62,245 nucleotides of DNA, filler included, from Vannella sp. (GCA_023345925.1; 6 parts of 6 records of this genome joined end to end with filler, not necessarily neighbours in it), one strand, 5' to 3'; positions 35,171 to 47,000 are shown, counted from the first letter of the whole stretch. Notes: a model not told the origin generated them from the letters alone. A program made the numbers and translations.

Positions 35171-37769
35171 ATGGAGGTACGGCGTGGGAAGATTGTGAAG
35201 TGGATGGTTCTGATGGGAGTAGTCTGAGGAGGAGAGGGCAGTGCGGAAGATCCAAAGGATCTTGTTGGAGGAGTTAAAGGTGCCTGAGGAGAGTCGGATA
35301 GACCTAATGAAGCAGTTGTTCTCTGTTCTCCCTAAACCAGTCTCCCACAACTTTCAGATCTCCCTTCTCAACTCCGCGGGGAGTTTGCCTCCTTCCATGT
35401 TGGTGCTTCATGAGATGCTCAAGTCTGAACAAGAGTATGTGACGACACTTGAACTCATCACCAAGGTAAGTCGCACTGTATTCTCCCAACAGGGAAGGAG
35501 GACTAACTCAGAAGATGCAGGTTTTCGTCCTTCCCATTCAAACTTCCCAAGTGAAGGTGTCCTTCGACGTGCGAACGACTGTATTGGGTGTGATTGACAC
35601 CCTTATCAACGTGCACAGAGCCTTTCTTGAGAAGCTGAAGGCTGCGTATGACGCTTATCCTCAGCATAACGTGGCTACGGTCTTCTTGGAGGCTCTTCCC
35701 TCTTTTGACGTGTACATACAGTATGTTAGGACCTTCAGTATGGGCCTGGACGAGCTTGTTCAAGAGAAGAAGAGCTCTCAAGTGTTTGCCAACTTCGTGA
35801 TGGTGCGGTTGGTGGGCGTTCTCTCTCGTGCTGCCTAACAAATGAGAAGAAATGTGAAAGGAACAACGGTATCAACTTGCACTCGATGCTCTCCGTGCCA
35901 CTCAGCCGCATTCCTTCCTACCTACTCTGCTTGGAGGTTTGTGGACGAAGCTGTGAGCAAGTGGTGTTGCTGACAGCTCGATAGGGAATAGAGAAAGGGA
36001 CTCCTGCTGAGGATAAGAGCTTATTCCAGCTGCAGTTGGCAAGAGACCAAGCAAGCATGCTTCAGGAGAACATTAACCTCGCCATTGTCGCTTCAGACAA
36101 CATGGAAAAGATCATTCAAGTGAAGAACAAGCTGGCATGTCTCCCAGAGGTGTGTTTATGGCCTCTCATCGCCATCATGGTTCTCATTAGGACAAAAAGG
36201 GATGCATTCTGTGTGACTCTGCTCGCCTATTTGTGGCAGAGGGACCTCTCAGACTGATATCTGGCAAAGAGAAGAAGCCTTTTTACTTTTTCGTGTTCAA
36301 TGATTGTTTGATTCAGACTGTGGCTCTACCACGTGGACAGTACCGCTTCATTCAGTTCTTGCCTTTGCAATACTCGACCCTTCTTCCCGTTGATGGTAAG
36401 CAATCTCAGATATCTGCGTACATCAACCTAATCTGAGCCAGGATCTAAGATTGAGTGGACGAATGGGGTGGATATGAACCTTTTGTTCTATGTTTCCTCA
36501 TCAAAGAGCGACAATGTGGATCTCATTGCTGTCATAGCCGAACAGATCAATGAGATGCAGAAGACAGAGGTTTTCGGGAGAACTGTGAAAGATCTGCTGT
36601 CTAGGAACAAAGGAACAAGACTACTTGTCCCAGAGCTCCTTGAGAAAATGATTTCTCACCTGGAGAAGAACTGCTTGGAGGTTTCGGGATTATTCCGTCT
36701 TTCAGGAAGTACTCTGGCCATCAACCAAGCGAAGGGACAGATTAACCGAGGCATTTCAATTGACTTTGCCACTTTGGATGATAACGTTGTGACGAGTCTG
36801 CTGAAGCAGTTCTTCCGTGAGATGGAAGACACGATCATCCCTGTCAAGCAGTACCAAGCATTTGTTGCGTGTGGTCAGAGTGGTGCGTTGAAGACTTCTC
36901 CTTTCTTTGACTAACTCTTTTCAGACAATACTACAGCTTCGCTGCACGCTTTCTTGCTTACTATTCCTGCAGAGAACTACAACACCTTAAAGAGACTGAT
37001 GCATATGCTCGCTGAGGTAGCAAAGAAGGAAACAATCAACAAGATGAATGCTCACAACCTGGCAATTGTTTTCGGACCGAACCTCGCACGGGATTCCAGT
37101 GGAGAGGATCTTCAAGCCATGATGAAAGATACTTCCTCTGGTAGCATGTCTTTGTTTGAAGATATGATTGAGAACTACGATCAGATCTTCACCGGCTTCC
37201 AGCGCGCAGAAGTTTCTACCAGAGGGAAACGGTCTTCGTATAGTTCCAGTCGTAGCAAATCTATGCTGGGAATAGGCCGACTCGCCCCAATCGCCCGACC
37301 AGAGAGTTGTATTACACCAGATACTGGATCTCCCATGAGATCGAGTGGAGGCGCCTTATTGACTGCAGCTAAGGCAACAACTCCCCGATCACTTTCAGAA
37401 CGTGAATCTATCGAAGCAAAGACGCTCCAGATTCAGAAGGATAAGATGAAGGTGAATCAATCTTCCAAGAGTAGAAAAACTCCTCGGCGTCGCCAAAAGG
37501 AAAAAGAAGAGAAAGCTGTTGCTCCCCAGGAGCTAGAGCAGTCCCAACGCCGCTCTAGACGCACCTTCCTTTACACCAAAGAGCAACTTCATTGCTTCTG
37601 TTGCAAAAGCGAGATCAGTTCGACTACTGAAACCATCTTTCTTGACGCTGTCAACCGATGCCATAACCAATGCTTCCAATGCCATGTTTGCTCTTCTCCT
37701 CTTGACTTTAGTAACTTCCAGATTTCAGAGAATCACCTCCACTGCGAGTCCTGCTTCTCTCGGAAATAG
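35171..37769 (+). CDS. RhoGEF(DH)-PH-RhoGAP-LIM multidomain protein (multi-exon)
   Basis: DH (EMLKSEQEYVTTL...LSVPLSRIPSYLL), PH (FYFFVFNDCLI), RhoGAP (VFG...SGLFRLSG...SLLKQFFRE...NKMNAHNLAIVFGPNL) and a C-terminal LIM (CFCC..HNQCFQCHVC..CESC). The micro first exon (ATG 35171) is tentative. Confidence 0.88.
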
Positions 37770-38328
37770 AGATTCCTCGTCACTAATTCACATTTATGTT
37801 CACATTCCTTCACAGGAAGTCGGTTTGGGGGTTGCGAGCTGCTATCACACGATAGACTCGACCGGACACGATTTGAGCTTCTTGTGTGTAGCCCCAGTTG
37901 CCCCGGTTTCGCAGAGGCTTGTTGGAGCGTTTCCCCTTCCCTGCTGCTTTTTGGTGAGACTCTCCTCTATTTTGTCTCGAGGCTCTGGGCTTGCTTGAAG
38001 GCTTTCCTCTAATACTGCCAGTGCGTTGCATGTGTGACCCTGTCAGAAATGGCTTCTCCAGGAGACCCAAGATGCTGCACTCCTGGGATCTCAGAATTTT
38101 CTGGGAATGCCCAATCGGGTTCTCTTTCCTGTTTTTTTCTCCCACTGCTTCCAAGACATTCCCCAATGTGATGCTCGAATTAATTAATTTTCTGTTGCTT
38201 GAGGAATTTCTGATCGTTCTGAGCGAAATTCTGAAGAAAGCCCTCTGATTGGCCAGCTTTCTGGAATGTGATGAGAATGAGCCAAGGAGGAGACACTTCT
38301 CAGTTGCTCAGCAGTCATAGCCGTGGCT

Positions 38329-39146
38329 ATGTCATTTGATTTGAATGAAGAGAAACTGAAGCTCATCAACGTTGTGTGCGGGTCTCTGTTTGCAGAGCCC
38401 CGCTTCAATCAATCTGGTGATCCTCGCGCTCAATGGATTGCCACTTTGGTTCAACGAGTGGCTGAGCGTGACCCTGAGTTCATTCTCAAGATCGCTTTGT
38501 ATGTACGTGATGACTTGAACATCCGTTCCACCGCCAACTTCCTTTTGGCTCTCGCTGCGAACACTTCCGAGTGCGCTCCCTTCTTCAAGAAGTACTTCCA
38601 CCAAGCAGTGCGCCTTCCGTCTGACTGGCTGGATGTTGCAGCTCTCTACCACCTCCTTCCTGACCGGAAGTTGAGCGGCAATGCCCTTCCAACGGCGCTT
38701 CGGAAGGCCTTGACCGCCAAGTTCGCCCAGTTTGACGCGTATCAGCTTGCCAAGTACAACAAGGAGAACTCTCTCAAGAGGAAGAGGAAGAAGGCGTTGG
38801 CTCTCGCTGAGAAGATGACAGCTCAGGGCAAACGAGCGCCTCCCATTCCCGCTAAGCAACTGACCATCAAGCAGCTCCTCCGGCAGCTGCACATCAGTCA
38901 GCCAGCACCTCATGTGATGTGTATCCTTGGCAAGAAGTATCCCACCGATGTCATCTCCTTCCGCGACTCTGGACTCTCAGGGGAGTTTGATGAGTCTCGT
39001 GCAGGCACTCGCATGCGACTCCCTGTGCCAGAGACTTGGGAGACAATGATATCCGCACGAGGGAACAAGGCTAGCGTCTGGGAAGAGCTGATTGACAAGA
39101 GAAAGCTCCCGTTCATGGCAATGCTGAGGAACCTTCGCAATCTCCT
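38329..39146 (+). CDS. TEP1: TROVE-domain protein of TEP1/p80 type (3' truncated by the contig end)
   Basis: KLKLINVVCGSL, DPEFILKIALYVRDDLNIRSTANFLLALAA, VRLPSDWLDVA, KFAQFDAYQLAKYN, LGKKYP, RMRLPVPETWE and WEELIDKRKLPFMAMLRNLRNL. These blocks are TEP1-like rather than Ro60-like. Confidence 0.88.
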
Positions 39147-39246
39147 NNNNNNNNNNNNNNNNNNNNNNNNNNNNNNNNNNNNNNNNNNNNTTAATTAATT
39201 AANNNNNNNNNNNNNNNNNNNNNNNNNNNNNNNNNNNNNNNNNNNN
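39147..39246. other. Artificial contig spacer
   Basis: 44 N + TTAATTAATTAA + 44 N. Confidence 0.98.
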
Positions 39247-39357
39247 GTTGCTTTGGCTGAAGGACTCTTTCGGCCACGAGAGGTTCTCACCTCTCAGTTG
39301 TCTCATTAAACATGAGGAATAGAACACCTCATCGCTATCGAATCGCTGGTGGATGAA

Positions 39358-39417
39358 GTGCACCTTCCAGCAGTGAAGGGAAACGGGTGCACCTTCCTTC
39401 CAGTGGTGAAGGGAAAC
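39358..39417. repeat. Imperfect direct repeat (2 copies), each with an internal CCTTC/GAAGG palindrome
   Basis: GTGCACCTTCCAGCAGTGAAGGGAAAC (39358-39384) and GTGCACCTTCCTTCCAGTGGTGAAGGGAAAC (39387-39417). Confidence 0.8.
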
Positions 39418-39476
39418 CACAAACTCTTCCCTTGGCAGGGGAAGTGATTCTTATCATTCCTTCTTGGCCCTTTGCG

Positions 39477-40520
39477 ATGGCCAGCTCTGATGGCAACCCG
39501 TTTGGCAGTAGAGCCTTCTCAAGTGAAGAGAGACAGCTGGTAGGAGAGACACTGGAGAAGAAACTGGGGAGGGACATCGCGCGCTCCCGTCCTGGCGCTG
39601 GCGATGGTGAGATCTTCATCGCACCGCCTCCCCTTGACTAACCCACACACTATAGATTCATACGCATACTTAGACATCGACACCAGCATCCAGATAGCCA
39701 ACGGGATCTTTGGATACGATGGGTGGAGCAGCGAGATTGTGGACATCTCCCCAGAGGATGTGAGAGCATGCCTGAGTGTCTTCTACCGGCAACTGACATG
39801 TTAACCGTCCAGATAGAGCATGGGAATGGGAAGTTCACCGTGTGGGTGAGCGTAACGATGAGGATCACGCTGAAGGATGGAACATTCCACGAGGATCTGG
39901 GCTCTGGCAAGGCTGAGCACCGTTGCAGAGCCTTGGCCATCTCATTTGCAAAGAAGATTGCGGTGTCAGATGCGAGGAAGAGAGCTCTTCGGGTCTTTGG
40001 TGACTCTCTCGGAAACTGTTTAGCCGATAAGCAGCACACACACAGGCTCTCATCAACACAACGGGTAAGGACCGTTATTGAGAGACGATTTGGTTCAGCT
40101 AACAGTGCTCAAGGGCCGAACTGACGATCTTCTTAGCTTAAATCAGCTCCCAAACGCCTCCCGGAGGCCTGGAGGAGGTGGAATTCAGCCTCTTACGCGA
40201 CTCCCTGCTCCTGTTGGAGGTAAGAAAGAGGCATGCGAAGAGAGGAGTACACAGGCACATATCCCAACCCCGTTATATTCCCCGCCACACCCCGCCACAG
40301 CATGGCCAACCCACAAATCTCTGCCGCCATTCAGCCCCCCGCGCCTCCACACCCTTCCACCACCCACACATCTCAAGAGAACACTCCCCCTGAACCCCAC
40401 AAGCACATCCATCAACCCTCTTCCACCCCAACACACCAACGCCCAACCAAACGGTCGATTCTCTCCTTATCCACTTCGCAACCCTGCGAAGTCGCTCACA
40501 GTGCCCTAACGGCTATTTAA
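39477..40520 (+). CDS. RAD52: Rad52/Rad22 family single-strand annealing protein (multi-exon)
   Basis: LEKKLGRDIARSRPG, YAYLD...IANGIFGYDGWSS, RITLKDGTFHEDLGSG and AVSDARKRALRVFGDSLGNC. The 3' end is uncertain (40509 or 40520). Confidence 0.88.
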
Positions 40521-40561
40521 ATGTAATTCTAACAGATAATAAGAGGGAGACAAAAGGGGGA

Positions 40562-40573
40562 GGTCACGTGACC
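40562..40573. promoter_or_regulatory. Perfect palindromic E-box GGTCACGTGACC about 20 bp upstream of METAP1
   Basis: 12-bp palindrome containing GTCACGTGAC, a bHLH-ZIP (USF/TFEB/CLEAR-type) consensus, in a 72-bp intergenic gap. Confidence 0.55.
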
Positions 40574-40592
40574 ACTTGTTGGAGCCCTCTTG

Positions 40593-41872
40593 ATGGTTCA
40601 GTGCTCGGGCTGCTCCAAGGTCGCTTCTGCGCTTCGATGCCCAACTTGTTTGAAGAAGGGACTTGTGGATGCTTACTTTTGCAGCCAGGAGTGCTTCAAG
40701 TCGAGCTGGGGGATGCACAAGCTTGTTCATATGGCTGGTACGCTTTGTTCTGGCTGATCGAGAGGCTCACACGCAATGGTAGTACCTGGTAGTACCTCAG
40801 AGATCCCAGAGCACTTCCGTGGATATCCTTTCACTGGAACACTGCGTCCAGGCAATGTTTCGCGCATGCGGAATATTAAACCGACGATTCAGACTCCCGA
40901 CTACGCTGAAAACGGCATTCCTACATCAGAAAGAGTCGCGAAGAGCCAGTCAGGTCGTATCCACGTGCATACACCAGAGGAGATCGAAGCAATCCGGAAA
41001 GTTTGCCGAATGGGACGTGAAGTGCTCGACATGGCTGGCAAGAAGGTCCGTGTGGGGATCACTACGGAAGAGATCGATATAGCGGTTCATGAGATGTGCA
41101 TGGAAATGAACGCTTACCCATCTCCTCTGAACTACAACTACTTTCCCAAGGCTTGTTGCACGTGAGTGGCTCCCCTTCTCTGTGTTGATGTTCCCCTCAT
41201 GAACCTCATGAATAGATCGGTCAACGAAGTGATCTGTCATGGTATTCCAGATGATCGGAAGTTGCAGGACGGGGACATCGTCAATATCGACATTTCCATC
41301 TACTTTGGAGGGTAACTACCCTTGATCTGGTCGCCAAGGGCCTCTCTCACGATCTCACAGGTTCCACTCAGATCTGAACGCCACCTTTTTAGTGGGTAAC
41401 GTGGACGAGGAGTCCAAACGACTGGTCAAAACCACACGCGAGTGTTTGGACAAGGCCATTGCCGCTTGCAAACCGGGCGCTCTGTACCGGGACATGGGAA
41501 ACATCATCTCCAACCACGCTCATGCGAATGGCTTCTCTGTAGTCCGTAGCTATTGCGGTCATGGCGTGGGGGAGCTGTTCCATTGCCTCCCCAATGTCCC
41601 TCATTATGGCAAGAACAAGGCCGTTGGCATGATGAAGCCAGGCCACGTGTTCACAATCGAGCCTATGATCAACATGGGTACATGGCACGACACTCTCTGG
41701 CCCGACGACTGGACTGCCGTCACAAAAGATGGCCGACGCAGCGCCCAGTTCGAAGAGACTTTGCTGATTACCGAAGACGGAGTTGAGGTGAGGAGACGAT
41801 GGAAGGGAGCAAATGGAGTAGTTCTAACAGGGCTGGACTGGGCTGGCAAAGGTCTTGACTGGTGCCAAGTAA
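40593..41872 (+). CDS. METAP1: Methionine aminopeptidase 1 (multi-exon)
   Basis: N-terminal zinc finger [28 protein letters not shown], then [43 protein letters not shown] and [10 protein letters not shown]. Confidence 0.96.
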
Positions 41873-41924
41873 TACATTTCAGAATTGGCGGGAAAATGGT
41901 TTTGGAACTGGTTTATGATTCGGT

Positions 41925-43881
41925 TCAGGCCAGAAGCTGTTTGTTGAGGAGCTCTATTTGATTGAGGTTGTCTTTGAGGGTGGTTGATAACTGGGCGATC
42001 TTCTTCTCTGTCTGAGAACGCAGCGCACGTTGTTCCAGGGCGACGGCCTGCATTGGTTGGGCGATCTTGGGAAGTTCATCTGAATCTTCACTCTCTTGTC
42101 CTTCATCAGGAAGAGATGGAGAGCCAACAAGCATTCGCTGAAGGAATAAGCGCTGCTGCAACTTCAGAACAGTTTCCATTATCTTCTGGCGCTCTTCCAC
42201 TGTGGCCACTTGGATACTTTCCCTAGCACCAATAGCTACTAGAGATATTCCATGAGTCCCACTGGAAGTCTCCATGGCCTCCAATCGCACACTAAGAAGA
42301 TGGAAAGTGGCATAAATACGCGGAGTTGCCGCTTCCAGACAGACAAGGAGGATGACATCATCAAACAGCATCAAGTGAATGATAAGATCCTCTGGAACAT
42401 GCTCTCCAGAGCTTGTAGAGGAATAACCAACCTGGGCTCCGTAAACGAAGCAGCGGACGGGACCGGCATTGGAAGTTGTGGAGCGATGGAAGAAGGATTG
42501 ATGCTCACCTAGTTGCTCAAGGGTCCTATGAACAGATTGCAGTAGGTAGGCTTGCTCATTGAGCGATGTCTTCTCGTTTGTTTCCCTTGTGATAGCTTGG
42601 ACCTGTTTCTGTGATTCCGTTGCCAACTGGAAGAGCTCCGCTTCATTCGACTCATCCAGCACAGAGATGATCTCTTTGTACAAAAGAGGATACTTAAGAA
42701 GGCGCGGGAAGGCGCGGGTGAGGAAGGTGTCGGTGGTGAGACCGCGATACTCCAAACGGTTCATTCCCACAAAGTCATCCAAAGCAGGGATCTGCTGGCG
42801 GAGACTCTTCATCCGTAGATTGGAAATGGTTTGCCCACTGCAGCATTCCACGTACTGTTTGAACCCGCCAGCAACATAAGGAGCAAAGAGCGGCAAGATC
42901 ACACTAAGTTCCTCGGTTCCTGCTGCTCGTAGCTGCTTCTGCAGCTGCACGTGCATCTCGTAGATATCCTCAATGTTGGAAAAGACCTCCTTAATCTCGT
43001 GCTCTCGGAGGAGCTCTTTCTGGCGCAAGTGAGGGAGGAAGCGCTGTGGCGGAGATGAGCGAAGAGTACGAGGCAGGAAGAGATCTGAGGTACCTTGCAT
43101 AGGATAGAGAGGTCACGGACGTATCCTTCTTCTGTGGTGAGGAGCTCCCGACCAATGTATTGTCTCTTTGTCGATCCAGGAGGGAGAGGCTGGTGCCAGA
43201 CAGGGCTGACATCATCAGCTTGGGCAACTGCCAACTTCTTCTCCAAAGAAGAGATGTCCTGTCCCTGTTCGTGAGCTCTGGGGGTCTCTTTGTTGGAGGG
43301 ACAGAGAACTTACCTTCCCAAAGATGATTTGCATGCGGATCTTGCCAGCAGGAGGGGCGCCACTCTTACGAGGGATAAGAACGAACTCTTCTTCTTTCAT
43401 ATCCCCTTCGAAGTAAGGCTCCAAGGGAAGGAGGAACTTCCCAATGAAGTCTTTCGAGCCAAAGTCCTTGTCGTAGCACTCAATGACGAGCTGTTCGTCC
43501 ATATGATGAATGGAGCTATGTACTTCATCGTTAGAGATACTCAAAGAAGAGGATGGACGCACAAGGTGAAGACTTCTCCCCAGCTTGGGTGCAAAGTGGC
43601 TTCGATGCACTTTGTTTTGAACTTAGCTGCCTTATTGGAGGCCAAGAACAGTTCGCAGAAGGGATCCGATGTTCCTGCATCAAGTTACACGCCATCACAA
43701 GCTACTGGAGCGAGATACGCTTACCAGTTGCGTCTTTCGCGTCCAACTCAACCCCGTCCAGCACTGTTCAGTCCCCAAGCCGCATCAGTCTCCCTCACCA
43801 CCTCCATCTACCCAAAGCGCCAACAGCAGACCTACCACACACTTGCAGAATGCCCTTCGCAACCGCCAATGAGTCCGCCAT
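41925..43881 (-). CDS. C2-DH(RhoGEF)-PH protein (multi-exon)
   Basis: C2 ([14 protein letters not shown]...[18 protein letters not shown]...[15 protein letters not shown]), DH ([13 protein letters not shown]...VFSNIEDI...[10 protein letters not shown]), PH ([12 protein letters not shown]) and a short C-terminal coiled coil. Confidence 0.85.
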
Positions 43882-44089
43882 CCCAAAAAATGATTCTTTC
43901 GACCCTCTCATCCGTCCTAACCCCCTTTCTAATGCATGTTCTGTCCATCACACGCCCTCTCTTCTTCACTAGGAGTCATTCAGAGGGGATGCGTTCGGAT
44001 GCGTTGGCGGAAAGTGATTATATTGGAAGCGTTTTGCGTTTGCAAGGGACAAGACTTGTCCACTGAGAAGTGCAGATAGATGGGTGGGT

Positions 44090-47000
44090 CTATACGGAGG
44101 GTTTCACGAGAACCTGTAAAACCAGGTTCTTGCGTTCCATCCATTCGCGCCCTTCGCGGTCGCGAATGCGGCATTGAATGACAACGCTGAATTTCTGGTT
44201 GGAAGAACGCTTCTCCGTGCTGGGGAAGGAGAGAATAGTTGTGGTTACAAAAGAATCTGCTGATGGGTTCACAACAAGTGTCATGGAGCTGACCGCATCC
44301 TAAAGTGCAAGAAGTTACTGTCGTGAGAATAGGTCAATTGAGATAAGCACGCGGTAACGCACCGTTTCAGGGTGTATCAGTTGTTGGAGGGCCTGTTGGT
44401 CACAGAACCTCTCTCTTATACTGATTTGGAGAATAACTGACTTCATTCTTCGACCTTCCCAAGGGGTTAGTTCCCGTCTGCATTGGAAGAGAGACTCACG
44501 TTGCCCTTGACTGGAATGGTTCATGAGACCTGAAATCTTTAAGATAAGACCTGCTCCAGGGGCGGCAGTAATGGGACTTCCACCGTGGTGTGGGGAAGCG
44601 GGCTGAGTGGAAAGGTGCAAAGTAGAAGTTGGTTTTGACTGGAAGAAATAGCGCGGAAGCGCTTGCGGGATAGCCACTATCCTCTCAAGTGACTTAATCA
44701 ACCTCGCTGCGGCAGTCTTTGAATCAACAGGGCCTCCAGTTTGAGAAGCTCGAAGGACTGACGAGCACTCTTTGATTAGATTGTCCCCTCCAAAGTCAGT
44801 CTTCAGCAACAACTGGAGAACGGAAGGGTCTGGGGCTGACGGGTTCTCAAGGAAGAGTGATTCAACAAAATAGCCCAGCAAGGAGCAAACGGTTTGATTT
44901 GCTTCGATAACTGTAATAGAAGGCTCATCCAAGTCATAGAATGAGCTTCTCAGAAGAGAATAGTCTCTAGAGAGATCATAGAACCGCCGGGAAACGCTTC
45001 GAGATGATTCCTTGTGATGAATGAGCATGGCAATGTTGGAATGGATGTTGCTGATTTGCTCAAGGAACTGTTGCCGCAAGGAAACGAACTGTTCTTGGAA
45101 GGAGAGTTCCAAGTTTTTTGACTTGGCAGCTCGAAGGGAGGTAAGGGATCCCAACAAGAGACTTCTGGCTTGGGCAATGGAACCCCCAGGAGCCACTAAA
45201 GTCTCTGCTTCGGTGAACGAAGCGAGCGACTTGAGCCAATAGTGAAGAGAAAGGGATCTCTTCTTTGATAGCTCAAGGAAGATAGGAGAGGCAAAGGCGG
45301 GGAACCCATTGCACACGGCCGAGCGGGCAACAACGAATCGCTCCCATTTACGCCCTTTGACACTCAGCTGCTTGTCTAAGTCCATCATTTGCTGCAAAAG
45401 AATGTTGGCTGCAGGCTTCTCGCTTAGTTGGAGGACTCGGAACAAGGAGTTCGCCAGTGAAGCCTGGAATTCACTTAATACACATTCTATCTCTCAGTGA
45501 GAGAGAGTCCCTACCATGATACGAGGATACAAGGCATCAATAGAGCCAATAGAGCGCAACAGAACATTAGGAATCCTAGAGAGACTGCTGGTGGAGAGGT
45601 GGAGCTGTTGGGGAGTGGAGAACAAGGATACAACGGAACCGATAATCTTCGCAATAAGAAGCTGGGCTTGAGAGGGAGGAAGGACATCAATGATATTCAC
45701 TAAATAAGAGAGAAGCTTGACCTGTTGAGGAGGATTCTCCCTCACCAATGCCGCCAGTACTTGGCTCAATTGATAAAGATCGTTTTCAAGTCCCTTCCTA
45801 TTTGGTTCCTTTCTCAGCTTCCGATGTAGACTTAGACAAATGGCAAGTAGACAGTGAGAAGTTTCACTGGTTCCCGCCAGCAGTGCAAAGGTTTCTGTGG
45901 CAGGCACGGAAACTTTGCTTTCTCTGTCTTTGAGGAAGCCTTCGCACGAGTTCTGCAGCTTGGCATAAACTAAAGACTCCTGAATCACTTTCTTTGCTCC
46001 AAAGACACGAAAAAGAGCGGAGAGAAGGAGCAGGATCTCCCGCCGGATGGCAGGAATTTCTGTGAGCTCACATAGGGAGACCAAACTATCAATGGGCCAT
46101 TCTTCAAGGTCCACAAGATGACTGGCTACTTCAGTGATACGCCGGAGATCTCGTAACACCAAAAGACGAACGCGAACGCGAGCATCTGACAGGTATTGAA
46201 GCAAGAGAGTACTTTGATTCGCCACAAAGAGCAGTGAGGATGTGGAGAGCAACGTCAAAGTATGCAAAGTCACCCGGGCAAAAACTTCAGAAGGAAGGAG
46301 AGTCAGAACTTGCTCCAGCAACTCGCGAGCCTCCTTAATCATGGAAGGGTCGTGGCCCATATGACGCAGCACGTAGATTAAGCGGAGCTTCGTAGCTGGA
46401 GTACAAAGAAGACCTTGTACAAGCTCTTTCACATACGGTAAGATGGATCGAGCGAAGCTAGCAGAGCGCTGGCAGACCCCGTCGACGGCAATGATAGCTG
46501 CTGAAGCTTCAAGAGGGTGATTAGAGGACAGACAGTTGCGGATACTATGTTGCAGCCCCACATCATCACCCAAGAAGACACTCATGGCACCAAGAGTCCT
46601 ACAGGGAGGCGTCAGACCAAGAAACGAGCTGATTTTGGGTGCAACAGACCGAAGAGTCAACGCCTTGGCGCAAGGATCGCTTGAATGAAGCGGTTGTAAG
46701 AGTCTTTGAAGAAGCATCTCCTTTGTGGATTCTTCTGTGCCTTCTTCACCTTGAAGAAGCAGCGGGTTAGAGCGAGCCTGCTCTGCAAAGACCCTCCCAA
46801 TGCAATAGCGGATGATGTTGTCGCTTTGGAGCAGTCAGAAGCAGCCTCTGAGATCCACAGCAGACATAGCACGTACCTGGTAGCATGGTAAAGGTCTGCT
46901 AGCTTCACAAAGGCGCTAGCAATGATCGAGGGAAAGGGGAAGCGCGACAACAGCTCCGCGAAGATGAGGATGCTCTCACACTGCTCTCCCACCTTCTCTG

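Noticed and set aside
37810..38166. Basic 118-aa minus-strand ORF upstream of the TROVE gene
   Set aside because: It has a non-ATG start in the track and no recognisable family. It is kept only as an alternative explanation of the candidate RNA region.
38921..38928. U12-type intron donor (GTATCCTT) here and at similar sites
   Set aside because: The occurrences I saw fall inside uninterrupted exons or on the non-coding strand.
39396..39412. Iron-responsive element (CAGUG loop) upstream of RAD52
   Set aside because: The loop is 7 nt and the bulged C five bases before the loop is absent.
38329..40520. TEP1-like TROVE gene next to RAD52 as a telomere or repair gene cluster
   Set aside because: They lie on different contigs separated by an artificial spacer, so the adjacency is meaningless. 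The same applies to TROVE and the HAD phosphatase as an RNA-repair module, and to Stealth and actin.
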